NCBI GenBank assembly: GCA_001600695.1
Contig: BCKQ01000007.1
Coordinates: 638,794-695,094 of the forward strand
Direction of reading: 5' to 3'
Source of the DNA: Ascoidea asiatica JCM 7603
Lineage: Eukaryota; Fungi; Ascomycota
DNA: 56,301 nucleotides
Shown: one piece after another, positions 10,967 through 23,191 of the stretch
Position numbering within the stretch: the stretch's first letter is position 1
Layout: every line of letters begins with the position of its first letter
Position numbers and translations under genes: made by a program
The notes under the pieces: generated by a model
Told to the model about the DNA's origin: nothing
Databases searched by the model: none
Seen by the model: the letters and a program-made list of their open reading frames with translations, nothing else

Positions 10967-12946
10967 ATGTCAAGTGAAAAAATTACAATATTATATGGAA
11001 CTGAGACATATAATTCATATGAATATTCAATATTATTAAGAAATGCTTTAATCTCACATTATTATGAAGTTGAATTGTTCTCACTTGATTCTTTTCCACT
11101 TAAAAGCTTGTTATATATCAATAATCTAATTATAATCTCTTCAACAACTGGAAATGGTGATATACCTAAGAATGGAAAAAAATTCTGGAAATTTATATCA
11201 AGAAATAATTTACCTTCAGATTTATTAAATCATTTAAATTTTACAACTTTTGGTTTAGGAGACTCTTCATATCCTAAATTCAACTATACGATTAAAAAAT
11301 TTCATATAAGATTATTACAATTAGGCTCAAAAGAAATTTCACCAAGAGGTGAAGGTGATGAACAAAGTCCTGAGGGAGTTGAAGCAATTTATAAAGAATT
11401 TGAAATTGAATTAATTAAAAAATTGAATCTAAAATATCCTGATGTTAATCCTGAGAATAAACCTCCATTGGATAATGATTATTTAATGAGTACAAATTTA
11501 AAGCCATTACTTGATTTCAAACTTCAAATTAATAACTTTAAAACAGATATTACTCATACTGATTTAAATGAAATTTCTATTTCAAGATATTGTTCAAATA
11601 AAAGTAAAAATCTTTATATTGCAGAAACTTTATCAAATCAAAGAATTACTTCTAAAAATCACTTTCAGGATGTTCGAAATTTCAAATTCAAAATAACTAA
11701 CAACAATGATAAGCATATTAACTTGAATCCTGGAGATACTATTTCTTTATATCCATATAATGATCTGAAAGATGTTGATTCATTAATTATCAATCAAAAT
11801 TGGCAAGATATAGCAGATTATAGATTAGATTTAATATCAAAAGAAAATGAAAAAAAAATTTTAAACTATTTAAATGATAATCCTCATATAAATCAAAAAT
11901 TGATACATCCATTAACTTTAAGAACATTATTGATTTACTATTTTGATTTAAATTCAATTCCAAGAAGATCTTTTTTTGAAAAAATATATAAATTCTCAAA
12001 TAATAATAATATCGATCCAAAAGATAATGAAAGAGAAAAAGAAAAATTATTTGAGTTATCAAAATTTGAAAATTTGCAAGATCTTTATGATTATACTTCA
12101 AGGCCCAGAAGATCTTTATTAGAAGTCATTATGGAATTTAATTCTGTTCAAATCCCATCTGATTATATTTTTGATATTTTTCCATTATTGAGACCAAGAC
12201 AATATTCAATTGCATCTATCAATAATAAAAATAATGAAATTGAAATTGAACTTTGTATTGCAATTGTAAAATATCAAACTATTATCAAAAAAATTAGAAA
12301 AGGAATATGTTCAAATTGGGTTAAAGATTTAAATATCAATGATAAATTTTTAATTGAAATCAATAAAAGTTCTTTATATTCGAAAATCAATCATAAACAT
12401 CCAATCATTTTAATTGGTCCAGGTACTGGAATTGCTCCAGTAAGATCATTGATTGAAACTAAAATTAATCATTATAAAGAAAGCTTAAATAACCAAGAAA
12501 TCATAGATAATGCTTTTAAGTTAAAAAATTATTTATATTTATTTACTCTTAAATCGTAAAAATAAAATAAAATAAATAAAATAAAATAAAATGGAAATAA
12601 AAATAAAGAAAAAGATTTTTTATATGGTGAATTATTCAATAACTTTGCAAGCAATAATTTCATTACATTTTTTCCTACTTTTTCAAGGGATAATCAAATT
12701 GTAGACTCAAAAAAAGTCAAATATGTTCAAGATAGATTATATATTGAAAGGGATTTGATTTATGATCTACTTTACAATCAAAACTCTACAATATATATAT
12801 GTGGATCTAGTGGGAAAATGCCAATTCAGATAAGAATTACAATCAAAGTTATTTTGCAAGAATCTGGTAAAATTTCTGAAGATGAAGCTGAAAATTATCT
12901 CAAAAAAATGGAAGCTTCAAATAGATATCTTCAAGAAACTTGGTGA
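10967..12946 (+). CDS. TAH18: NADPH-dependent diflavin oxidoreductase (Tah18/NDOR1), interrupted by a 45-nt in-frame insertion at 12548-12592 that contains stops
   Basis: FMN motifs LYGTETYNS, STTGNGD, FGLGDSSYPKFN; FAD motif PRQYSIAS; NADPH motif GPGTGIAP. The same frame resumes at 12593 with GNKNKEKDFLYGE...FSRD...KYVQD...ICGSSGKMP...RYLQETW*. Confidence 0.9.
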
Positions 12947-13215
12947 GAAATATACTTTACAAAACGATAAAACTTATGGTAAATTTATTTAAATTACAAG
13001 AGAAGCAGAACCAAAGAACCGAAAAGCCGTAACGGCAAGTAATAAAAATTAACTTAAGATTGAAAAAATAACAAAAAACAAAAAGTAAACCAAAAATGAG
13101 AAAAAAGAAAAATTCTTCAATTGGTATAATATAATATAGAAGCACCTAATTATGAATATGTAAAAAAGAATCATTATAAACAATAATATAGGAATATATA
13201 GTTCAATAAAAAGAC

Positions 13216-14859
13216 CTAGACACTATAATCCATATCATCAAGCCATGAATCTTCATCTGTTATTATAGATTCCAAAAAATTATTTCTATATTGAGTATCC
13301 AAAAAAGCATTTTTTGCCATAATATTTAAATTATTTAATTCCATTTTACTTTTCATAAATTTTATAGTTAATTCATTTGAAATTTTACTGTTTATATTTG
13401 CCAAATTTTTAAAGTCTTTTGCTAAAATATCAACAGTTATAGTCTTAGTAGTCGACTGTCTTCTTTTGAATTTTGAAGTTGTATTTTTGCTTCTTAGAAT
13501 ATGAGTAGAGATTAACTGATGAATATCTTTTTGAGGTATTATTGATTTTATGGAATCAGAGTGCTCACTTCTACGACTATTCCTTCCACTACTTGAATTT
13601 ATATTGATACTGCCAATGCTACTATTATTGTGATTATTATTATGATTATTGATATTATTATTTAGATTGTTATTCAGACTATTGTTCAGATTACTGATAT
13701 TATTGCTATTATTAATGAGATTACTATTATTATTATTATTGTTAAAATTAGTGGAATTGGAGGGAGAGGAACCTAATGGAGTTGTTGATGAAGGATTTCT
13801 TGGAACCGAATAACTAGTCTTTTTAGGATAATTGGAATGCAGATTATTATTTTTACTATAGTAATTTTTTTCATAACTGCTTGAATTTCCTCTTTCTCTA
13901 TTAAAAGATTTGTAGCCCAAATTATTATATTCTCTTGAATCATAAGATTTATTTGTAGAAATGAAATTTTTTGGTTTTGTATTAGGATATTCGTGTTCAT
14001 ATTTTTCTGAATAACTTTTGTTATATGAACCATCTTTATGGGAGTCATATGAACTTGGCTTATAGGTATCATATGAACTTTGCTTATGGTTATCATATGA
14101 ACTTTGTTTATGGTTTTCATAGGAACCCTGACTATAATTATCTTGATTATTATTGGTTTTAACATTGACTCCAGATGGACCTTTGGGTAAAGATTTACTT
14201 ACTTTGGAAGGGGCATTTACATGACTTAAATTCTTAGGTATTTCGGTTTTCAGATTATTTAAAATTTCTACTTTCAATTCGGTATCTCTTTCATAATTAA
14301 TTGTTTGATCTTTGATATATTCTTTTTCTTTTTCTTTTTCTTTTTCTTTTTGATTCTCTCCTTCTCCTTCTCTATCTTTTGAAAAATTTCTTTCTTTATT
14401 TCTTTCCTCTGAATTGTATCTTGAAACACTTCTAGATGAATAATGCTCCTTTGGTGCAGAAGGTGGTCTTTCTAAACGTGGTTTTTTAATTTCCCTGTCT
14501 TTACTAAATTGATCACTGAGTCTAGGTTTACTAACCCCACGACTTGAATTTCTACTATAATCTACTTCTTCATAATAATCTTTGCTTTTATAATCACCTC
14601 TTCTAGAACTATAGTTCCTCTGTTGATTATGACCATAATCATTTGACAGTTGAAAATCTGAATTTCTATTCAGATCATAATGAGTTTTATGTGGGCGCAG
14701 AGAATATCCATCATCATTATTGTAATCAGGACCAGTGTAAGAATAGTTACTGCCACTTCCTCTACCAAAACTATCTCTTCCTCTTCGTCTATCATAATAG
14801 CCTCCTCTTCTCAGTCCACGACCACCTCTAGAGAAACCTCCTCTATAACTACCACTCAT
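13216..14859 (-). CDS. Low-complexity protein with RGG/RY-rich N-terminus, 8-aa repeats and N-rich tract; function unknown
   Basis: 547-aa ORF in a very AT-rich genome; RGG repeats at the N-terminus. Confidence 0.65.
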   Translation of the reverse strand: MSGSYRGGFSRGGRGLRRGGYYDRRRGRDSFGRGSGSNYSYTGPDYNNDDGYSLRPHKTHYDLNRNSDFQLSNDYGHNQQRNYSSRRGDYKSKDYYEEVDYSRNSSRGVSKPRLSDQFSKDREIKKPRLERPPSAPKEHYSSRSVSRYNSEERNKERNFSKDREGEGENQKEKEKEKEKEYIKDQTINYERDTELKVEILNNLKTEIPKNLSHVNAPSKVSKSLPKGPSGVNVKTNNNQDNYSQGSYENHKQSSYDNHKQSSYDTYKPSSYDSHKDGSYNKSYSEKYEHEYPNTKPKNFISTNKSYDSREYNNLGYKSFNRERGNSSSYEKNYYSKNNNLHSNYPKKTSYSVPRNPSSTTPLGSSPSNSTNFNNNNNNSNLINNSNNISNLNNSLNNNLNNNINNHNNNHNNSSIGSININSSSGRNSRRSEHSDSIKSIIPQKDIHQLISTHILRSKNTTSKFKRRQSTTKTITVDILAKDFKNLANINSKISNELTIKFMKSKMELNNLNIMAKNAFLDTQYRNNFLESIITDEDSWLDDMDYSV

Positions 14860-15387
14860 TATGAATTATGTTTATAATTTCCTAAATTAGGTTCTATAGT
14901 TAAAAAACTATCAGATGAATGGAAACAATATTACTACCTATTAAGCAAAAATATAATTGATATGACTAATAACAAATCAGCTCAGTAGAAAAATCACTTA
15001 TAATTGTACAGTATCGTAATTTAAGAAGAATAAAACTTGAATTAGTTTCTTTAGATTTGGTTCTTCAGATTCAATTCAACTCTCTTGAATTAAAATAAAT
15101 TAATTTCAATTTCTGTGTTTTGGTTACAAATCTGAAAATTCTCAGGTTTTGAAAGGAAAGCGGGAGATTTGAACCAGCGTGATGGGTGAAATGGAGCTGG
15201 CAAAACGCGACTGGAAATTGGAGTTCTAAATTGTGACCGGAACGCGTTAATTCTTTTTCTATTAAAGCTTCCAGTGAATGAATAACGTTAAAAATGATGC
15301 AAAAAAAGATATTTTAATTCTTTGGAGCTTTTTATTAGCATTTTCTTCAATTGAGGACAAGATATTTGGATCCAATTGTATTATATA

Positions 15388-16473
15388 ATGTCTTTGTGGG
15401 TGGATAAATACAGACCAAAGACTTTGAATAGTCTTGATTTTCATCTTGATGTTGCAGATCGTTTAAAGGCTCTAGCTTCTTCAGGAGATTTTCCTCATTT
15501 ATTGGTTTATGGACCTTCTGGTGCAGGTAAAAAAACTAGAATCTTAGCTACATTACATGAAATTTATGGATCAGGAATCGAAAAAATGAAAATAGATGTA
15601 AGGACATTCACAACTCCAAGTAATAGAAAATTAGAATTCAATGTTATTTCATCTAATTATCATATTGAAATAACTCCATCAGATATGGGTAATAATGATA
15701 GAATTGTAATACAAGATTTATTAAAAGAAATTGGACAAACAGAACAAGTTGATTTTCAAACTGGTAAACATAGATTTAAAATTGTTATAATAAATGATGC
15801 AGAATCTTTAACAAGAGATGCTCAAGCTGCCTTAAGAAGAACAATGGAAAAATATTCAACAAATATTAGATTAATTTTAATTTCAGAATCAACTTCAAAT
15901 ATTATAAAACCTATAAAATCAAGAACTTTATTAATTAGATGTTCATTACCAAAAATTGATGAAATTAATAGAATTTTATTAAGAATTGCAAAAAGAGAAA
16001 ATTTACAAGAAAATGGTCAATTACCAAAAAATGATGATGATGCTATAAAAATTTTAAATCGAATTTCAGAAAGATCAGAAAGAAATCTTAGAAAAGCAAT
16101 ATTATTATATGAATCATTATTTATGATTAATTATAAAATCACAATGGAAAGTCCAATAATTGAATTAGATTGGGAAGTTGTAATTAAAAATCTTGCAATA
16201 GGTTTAATCAAAGATAGATCTGTTTCAACATTATCAAAATCTAGATCAATATTATATGAACTTATAAGTCATTGTATTCCACCAGTTATAATATTACAAA
16301 AAGTTACATTTTTTTTAATATGTAATGAAACTTTATCAGATGAAGTTAAATTTGGTATTCTTGAAGCTGCAAGTAAATTTGATGAAAGATTATCATTAGG
16401 TTCAAAAGCAATATTTCATTTAGAAGGGTTCTTAGCTCAAGCTATGTTAACAATGGAAGAAGGAAAATTTTAA
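15388..16473 (+). CDS. RFC5: Replication factor C subunit 5
   Basis: MSLWVDKYRPK, Walker A YGPSGAGKKTRI, AQAALRRTMEKY, GSKAIFHLEGF. The true ATG is at 15388. Confidence 0.96.
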   Translation: MSLWVDKYRPKTLNSLDFHLDVADRLKALASSGDFPHLLVYGPSGAGKKTRILATLHEIYGSGIEKMKIDVRTFTTPSNRKLEFNVISSNYHIEITPSDMGNNDRIVIQDLLKEIGQTEQVDFQTGKHRFKIVIINDAESLTRDAQAALRRTMEKYSTNIRLILISESTSNIIKPIKSRTLLIRCSLPKIDEINRILLRIAKRENLQENGQLPKNDDDAIKILNRISERSERNLRKAILLYESLFMINYKITMESPIIELDWEVVIKNLAIGLIKDRSVSTLSKSRSILYELISHCIPPVIILQKVTFFLICNETLSDEVKFGILEAASKFDERLSLGSKAIFHLEGFLAQAMLTMEEGKF

Positions 16474-16588
16474 TTTTCAATTATCATAATAAATTTGTTT
16501 TGAAATTATATATTATATACATGAATATAGGAATATTTTTTTTTTGTTTTATGTTTTTTTGTTTTTTCAAGATTTATTAACATTAAAA

Positions 16589-17351
16589 TCAACGATTTCT
16601 ATAAAGCCTATAGTCGGCCTTCTTTGCTATTTTTTTATTGTATAATTCTTTTGTTGGATTTTTAATTCTTTGCATTACAAGATTTTGTTTTTCTGGAACT
16701 GGTAAAATTGTTGTTAAACTAACTCTTGGAGAATCACCAAATTTTATTGTTTCATAAACACCAGGTAATTTTTCTGCAGCTTTTCTAAAAGTATCTCTTG
16801 CTACTTTTTCATGTAAATTGTTACCAGACATTTCAAAAATTATTCTACCTGTTGGAACTCTTACAGCCCAATGATCAAAAGCACCTTTACCTTTACCCAT
16901 TCTAGTTTCATTACCTTTAACACAAACTGCTATACTTGTACATAATCTTTTCCATAATTGACCTTGTAAAGGTCTTAAAACTCTCATTATAACATTATCA
17001 GCTTCTTTTAATTGAATTGCATCTAATCTAACTCCTTCTGATTTTAATCTTAATGCATAAGTACCAAATTGTACAGTTGAACCCTTTATTGACCCACCAA
17101 TACGCACAGGTACTCTTCCTTTATGAGCTTTTTTAACATATTTAAATCTTGGAGCATATTCATGACCAAGACGTTTTGATGTAAGCTGATTCACACTATT
17201 TAAAGTATTTATTAAACCTATAATGAACTTGTTAATAAAATAAGATTCTGTCTTGGATTAAACCAAAAATGAATTAAAAATGAAAGAGTTAGTGGTTGAA
17301 CATACCTGATGGCTTATAACCAATAAAAGGAACACGAGAAAAGAAAGCCAT
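16589..17351 (-). CDS. MRPL16: Mitochondrial ribosomal protein uL16m; exons 17351-17306 and 17217-16589
   Basis: [28 protein letters not shown]. The 88-nt intron 17305-17218 (GTATGT...TATTAAC...TAG) joins [20 protein letters not shown] in frame. Confidence 0.92.
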
Positions 17352-17723
17352 TGTTTAATAATCCCTCTTTCTTCAAGTCTCAACTATCTAAACCAAACAA
17401 TATCAGATCTTAGTTCCTGATTATCTTTTTATCAACAAACCAACACCAAGAGTAAAATCAAATCCTGTTTCTGATTCTCCATTTCAATATATTCAGCAGT
17501 GGTGCGTTGATAAATTATTGATTGGACAAAAAAAGGGTGGCACGTGATATATGTATGGGAGTGAAAAATTATTTTCTTTTTTAGGATTTGATCTTGCATT
17601 GGAAAAAAACCACAAGAATTATTGAGAAACAATTAAGAAATAAAAAGATTTTTACGAAAGAAGTGAAGATTTGAGATGGAAAAAAGATGTTTTCATATTA
17701 TTATTTTTTGAGTTGATTGGAGA

Positions 17724-19016
17724 ATGAGTGCAGAAGAGTATGAGAAGATAGCGTTGATATCGTTAGACAAAGAAAACTATCTTTATCCTATATTTGAAAC
17801 TGCATTTCAGAAATTCTTTCCAGATGTCAATATAACTAATGATTTATCAATAATAAAGAAATTGGAAAATAATGAAAAGGAAAATAAACTTATAAAAATA
17901 TTCCATTATGGAGAATATGAAGATTTAGATTTTGATAAGGTTAGTAGTAGAAAATTGTCTAAGAATTATATTATATCATCATATATTTATAGAAAAGCAT
18001 TAATTAGAAAACATTATTTGGCTCATACAATTCATTCATATATTTGTAAACCAAGAAATAAAGATTCAATTTTGAAAAATGCATTTCCAGAAACTTTTAA
18101 TTTAGAAGTTGATTATGCTGAATTCTTAGATGATTCTTTAGATGAAGATTATGAATTAAGAGGAGAACTTGAAAAAGAATTAGATTATTGGATTTTGAAA
18201 CCTAGTATGAGTGATAAAGGTCAAGGTATTAGAATTTTCAAAACAATTGATCAATTACAAGATATTTTTGATTCATTTGAAGAACATGATTCTGAAAATG
18301 ATTCCGAAAATGATGATGATAATGATGATGATGATGATAATAATGGTATAATAATATCTCAATTAAGACATTTTGTTGTACAAAAATATATATCTAATCC
18401 ATTATTATTAAAATCATATAATAATAAGAAATTTCATTTAAGATGTTATGTATTATGTCAAGGAGCTTTAAAAGTTTTTGTTTATAAAAGAATGTTAAGT
18501 TTATTTGCACCATTATCATATAATAAAAATAATAATTTAAATGGTGATGAAATAAATTTAGAAGAACATTTAACAAATACATGTTTACAAGGTAAAAATT
18601 CAATTTTAAATAATAGTGTTGATGAATTTTTTAAATTAGAAGATGAAGTTTTAAATAAAGAAATTAAAGAATTAATTTTTATTAAAATTTGTGAAATTTT
18701 AAAAGAATTATTTAAAGCAGGTATTAATGTTGATAGATTAAATTTTCAACCAATTTTAAATGGATTTGAATTTTTTGGAATTGATTTTTTAATTGATGAA
18801 GAATTTAATGTTAAATTATTAGAAGTTAATTCATATCCTGATTTCAAACAAACAGGAGATGAATTAAAGGATATTATAAAAGAATTAATTGAATTAACAG
18901 TATTTAAAATTGGTAATAATTTTTTTAATATTCCTGAAGAAAATAGGAATAAAATTGAAAATGAAAAAGATTTAATTGAAGTTTTAGATCAAAGTATCTA
19001 CGGCGGTGAAATATAA
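17724..19016 (+). CDS. Tubulin-tyrosine-ligase family ATP-grasp protein (Pby1-like, TTL domain only)
   Basis: YRKALIRKHYL, WILKPSMSDKGQGIRIF, VQKYISNPLL, KFHLRCYVL, FGIDFL, LLEVNSYPDF. Confidence 0.88.
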   Translation: MSAEEYEKIALISLDKENYLYPIFETAFQKFFPDVNITNDLSIIKKLENNEKENKLIKIFHYGEYEDLDFDKVSSRKLSKNYIISSYIYRKALIRKHYLAHTIHSYICKPRNKDSILKNAFPETFNLEVDYAEFLDDSLDEDYELRGELEKELDYWILKPSMSDKGQGIRIFKTIDQLQDIFDSFEEHDSENDSENDDDNDDDDDNNGIIISQLRHFVVQKYISNPLLLKSYNNKKFHLRCYVLCQGALKVFVYKRMLSLFAPLSYNKNNNLNGDEINLEEHLTNTCLQGKNSILNNSVDEFFKLEDEVLNKEIKELIFIKICEILKELFKAGINVDRLNFQPILNGFEFFGIDFLIDEEFNVKLLEVNSYPDFKQTGDELKDIIKELIELTVFKIGNNFFNIPEENRNKIENEKDLIEVLDQSIYGGEI

Positions 19017-19439
19017 ATATTAGTTATTGAAGAAAAAAAAAAGATATTAAAAAAAGTTTATTTAGATAGTTATATAATTATATAATATAGCCAAGGATTG
19101 ATAAAAGAACCACACACGAAAAATAAAGAAAAAAGGAAAAAAAAATGAAAGAGAAAGAAGAGCAATTTGAGAAATATATAGACAAACAAAGACAATTAAT
19201 TATTTATAAAGACTTCTTAAGACTTATAAAGACATTTAGAGATAAAAGACAAGACAATGAATTTTAAAAAAAAGATTTGATATAGTACCGACAATGTAAG
19301 ATAAATGATATAAATGATAAGATATGAATAAGAGGATGATAAGAATAAGATATGAATAAGATATGAATAATATAAGATAAAATAAAATAAAATAAGATAT
19401 GAAACAGTAAAAGAATTAGATAATATACAAATTAAGATT

Positions 19440-19515
19440 TGAATTGAGATATGAATTGAGATATGAATTGAGACATGAATTGAGACATGAATTGAAATAT
19501 GAATTGAGACTGGAA
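19440..19515. repeat. 12-nt tandem repeat (GAATTGAGATAT)x~6
   Basis: Read directly, with variants gagacat and gaaatat. Confidence 0.8.
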
Positions 19516-19944
19516 TTAATTTTTCTTTGTTGAAAGATTTTTAATTTTATAAGATATAAAATGAGTTTCATTAATATCATTAATATTATTAATATTTTTA
19601 AAAGCTAAATTATTTTGATTTTTTTCAACTGCCGAAATATTATTTAAAATTTGTAAAGGATTATCATATAATACAAAATTTTTCAACTTATCATTTGAAT
19701 AATTGTTATTATTACTTTTTGAGTAATTATAATTTGAATTGTTTGAATTAGTTGAATTGTTTAAATTATTTGAGTAATTTGTATAATCGGTATAATTTGA
19801 GTAATTTGAGTAATTTGAATTAATTGAAAAAATTGAAGAATCTGAATTCATTGAATTTATAGATTCAGGATATTGAGAATTTAAAAAAAGATTGAAAGAA
19901 TTGGAATTAGAATTAGAATTAGAATTTGAATTTGAATTAGACAT
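19516..19944 (-). CDS. Small Asn/Ser-rich hypothetical protein
   Basis: 142-aa ATG-initiated ORF with low-complexity codon style like real genes here; no recognisable domain. Confidence 0.4.
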   Translation of the reverse strand: MSNSNSNSNSNSNSNSFNLFLNSQYPESINSMNSDSSIFSINSNYSNYSNYTDYTNYSNNLNNSTNSNNSNYNYSKSNNNNYSNDKLKNFVLYDNPLQILNNISAVEKNQNNLAFKNINNINDINETHFISYKIKNLSTKKN

Positions 19945-21463
19945 TGTTAAAAGATTTGGATTAATTGAATTGTAATTGGAATGTGAATGAATTTTGATTT
20001 AGATAACTAGATTATAAATGAATAGCAATTGAATAGTAATTGAAAAGTTATTGAATAATTATTGAATGTAAAATAAAAAGATATGATATAGTTTATATAT
20101 TAGTCTAAGAACTGATATTTAATCATTACATTGAATAGAAGAAATATTTGACTTCCAATTTACTGTATATTGTTTAAATTATAGAAACTTATAACTATTA
20201 GATTTTGTTTTGATATTATCCAGTTATAATCTAGAATTTAGAAACAACGAAATAAAAATCATTTGAATATCCAGTAATGTGTCATATTATTTGAGCTTTG
20301 ATATCAAAAAATGGAAAGAATAGTTGATTGATTATGTATCAATATCCAAAATACAGTTGAAAGTTTAAAATTATTTCTATTCTAGGAATAACGTTTAGAG
20401 TACAAAATTATTACATGACTGACTGAAAATAATAATTGAGCAGAAAAGACCTAATTGAAGAAAGCATAGACTCCAGAGCTAAAATCATATAGCCATCAGA
20501 AAAGTATTCATTTGAATGCAGTTTATCGTTTTCAAAGGGCAGCTGAGACTGAAAAGAAGCAGATTTGCAGCTGGATCAGAATTGAAAAAGACCTTTTTTT
20601 AGTTTGTGTTTTCAAAGCTTTTTTGCAGACGTCGCTGCATTCGGCCTCATATATAAGAAGACCGGATCGGGCAAGCACTGTCTGGGTAGTGGCTGGTGCA
20701 CAGCTTTCAAGGCCAGGCTGAGCTGTGTTTTGGAGTCGTCTTTGGGGCGGTGCTGGCGCTGAGTGTGGCAAGTGAGACAGTTTTTGCCTGGCCACAGCCG
20801 CCGCTTCGTGTCTCAGAGCAGCCGCAGTGGGGCAAAAGAGGAAATTGCAGTGGCGGAAGATACCCCCACTGCCCCAACTTTATCTCCGCGTGCGCCACCT
20901 TTTCATCGGATTCGGAAAAGAAGCTGTAAACAAACAAAGAAACAAATAAATAAATAAATAAATAAATTTCAAATATCAAATATCAAATATCAAAGAAGGT
21001 CTGAATTGGAAAGTGATTGAGAATTATTGCAAATCACTCTACAGTAGTTCAATATTCAATCTTCTGGATATCCTTTAATCTAGTCTTGATAATTCTTAAC
21101 TCCTTCTGTGCATTGTGAAAGGCAAAGCCATCGAACCATTGGATCTTATTTCTTTCTTTCATTGTTTTATTGTTTCAAACATTGGTAATCAATTTCTAAA
21201 ATCGGTCTCTATCGTACTAAAATTTAGCAAAAGTTCAATTCAACTTTATTCTAAAATCAATTTAAATATCGACTTGTTGAAAAAAGGTTATTTCTCTTTC
21301 ATACTTCAATTCAATTCAATTCAATTCTGTTCAACTTCACTACGTAATTATCAATTGAAAAGATAAAGTAGTACAATATTTTATAATACAATTAAAGCCG
21401 TATAATCAATCTATTTGTAAATACAACTTATAAAAATCAAAAATTAATTAATTTACTTTTGAT

Positions 21464-22634
21464 ATGGAGAAATCTGAAAAAACAAATAATAATAAAGATA
21501 ATAATCAAGATAAAATACAAGAAAATGAAAAAGAAATTTCAAATCATACGATAAATAATAATCAAAATAAAGATTCAATAACTGCTTTTGATTTTTTACA
21601 AAATCAATTAAAATTAGAAAAAGAAGCAAAAGAATTAATGCCTTTTGATCCAAATATTTGTACTTTTAATAATGGTTATATCAGACAATCTGTATTTTTT
21701 TGTCAAACATGTTTTAAAAATTCAATTAATAATAAAAATTCAATAGGCTCTCCAAATGGCATTTGTTATTCATGTTCTATTCAATGTCATTATAATCATA
21801 ATTTAATTGAATTATTTGATAAAAGAAATTTTAAATGTGATTGTGGTACTTCAAGAATGTCATTTAATGGTCCTTGTAAATTACGTAAATCAATTACTTT
21901 AAATAATATTAATAATATTAATAATATTTATTCTCAAAATAATTTTGGTAAATTTTGTTCATGTGAAATTTTTTATAATCCTTTAAATGAAAAAATTACA
22001 ATGATTCAATGTTTTTTCGGTAAAATTTGTAATCAAGATTGGTATCATGATGAATGTTTAATGGGTTTAAATTTAAATAATAATTCAATTGATAGATTAA
22101 ATAGATTTAAATTTAATCCAAAAAAACAACAAAACAAAGAACTGAAAGAACATGAAGAACATGAAGAAAATAATATCATAAATATAAGTTCAGATAATGA
22201 ATTTAATAAAAACTCAGATAATAATGAATCTGATGAAAATGATGATGATGATGATGACTTATTACCTTTACCAGGTTTTCCAAATTTAAATTCCTTTGAT
22301 ACTTTAATTTGTTTTAGATGTATTAATAAATATAAAAAAGTATTTAATGAATTAACTAATCATAAAAATATCATTTCAAATATTATTTATCATATACCTT
22401 CAGACTCAATTAATCAAAGAAATGATTTAATTCAGTCTGAATTTAAAAAATTCAATAATGATGAAAATAATCTAGGAAATAATGAAGATCAAAAAATTCT
22501 CAAAAAGCGAAAAATATCAAAAGATTTGAATGAAAATAAAAAATTACTTTATTTAGATTATTCTTTATGTTTAAAAAAAGGTTTTCGTGAAAATTTGAAA
22601 AATTTACTTACTGAAAATATAAATGCAACTAATA

Positions 22635-22671
<37 letters not shown>

Positions 22672-23011
22672 TAATAATAAAACCCAAGAAATTTCAAAAG
22701 AATTGAAATCATTCTTAATTGAATTCAATTACCTTTATGAGGATGATCCAATTTATCAACCACCAGATGATTCTGATAATGATAATGATGATAATTCTTC
22801 AATATTTAATCTTGGTTCAAAAGTTTTAAATTCAATACCAAGAGAAAAAGCAATTGAAGGTATTGAAGCTTATGATAATTTAAAAAATCAATTAAAAGGA
22901 TTTTTTGAACCTTTTGTAAAAGATAAAAAAATAGTAACCGAGAATGAAATTAAAGAATTTTTTGAAAATTTGAAAAATGAAAAAAAAAAAAATTCAAATA
23001 CAATTACATAA
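21464..23011 (+). CDS. UBR7/Mlo2-like protein (UBR-box zinc finger plus PHD-like)
   Basis: LEKEAKELMPFDPNICT, ICYSCSIQCH, ELFDKRNFKCDCG, MIQC...DWYHDECL, IPREKAIEGIEAY. Confidence 0.88.
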
Positions 23012-23191
23012 AATTAGATATAATTTTGTAGTTTTAAAATTTAACGATATAAGATTTGATTAATGCATTATAATTGACAGTAGTGATATATAAGATATTT
23101 TTTTTTTTACAAACCTAATAAATAATAATAAAATATTAAATATTAAATATTAATTAATAGTAAATAAAAGTTTGGAAAATATAAACAAAGA

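Noticed and set aside
12556-12614. GT-AG intron explanation for the TAH18 interruption
   Set aside because: Lengths of 53 or 59 nt break the frame, there is no branch point, and conserved residues would be lost.
12755-12946. 63-aa ORF as an independent gene
   Set aside because: It is the in-frame C-terminus of TAH18.
20512-20979. Cluster of overlapping short ORFs, with similar cases at 24466-24759, 29165-29574, 33335-33872, 35713-36054 and 44459-44907
   Set aside because: GC-richer promoter islands, several with CACGTG-type sites, give stop-poor frames; codon usage is unlike real genes here.
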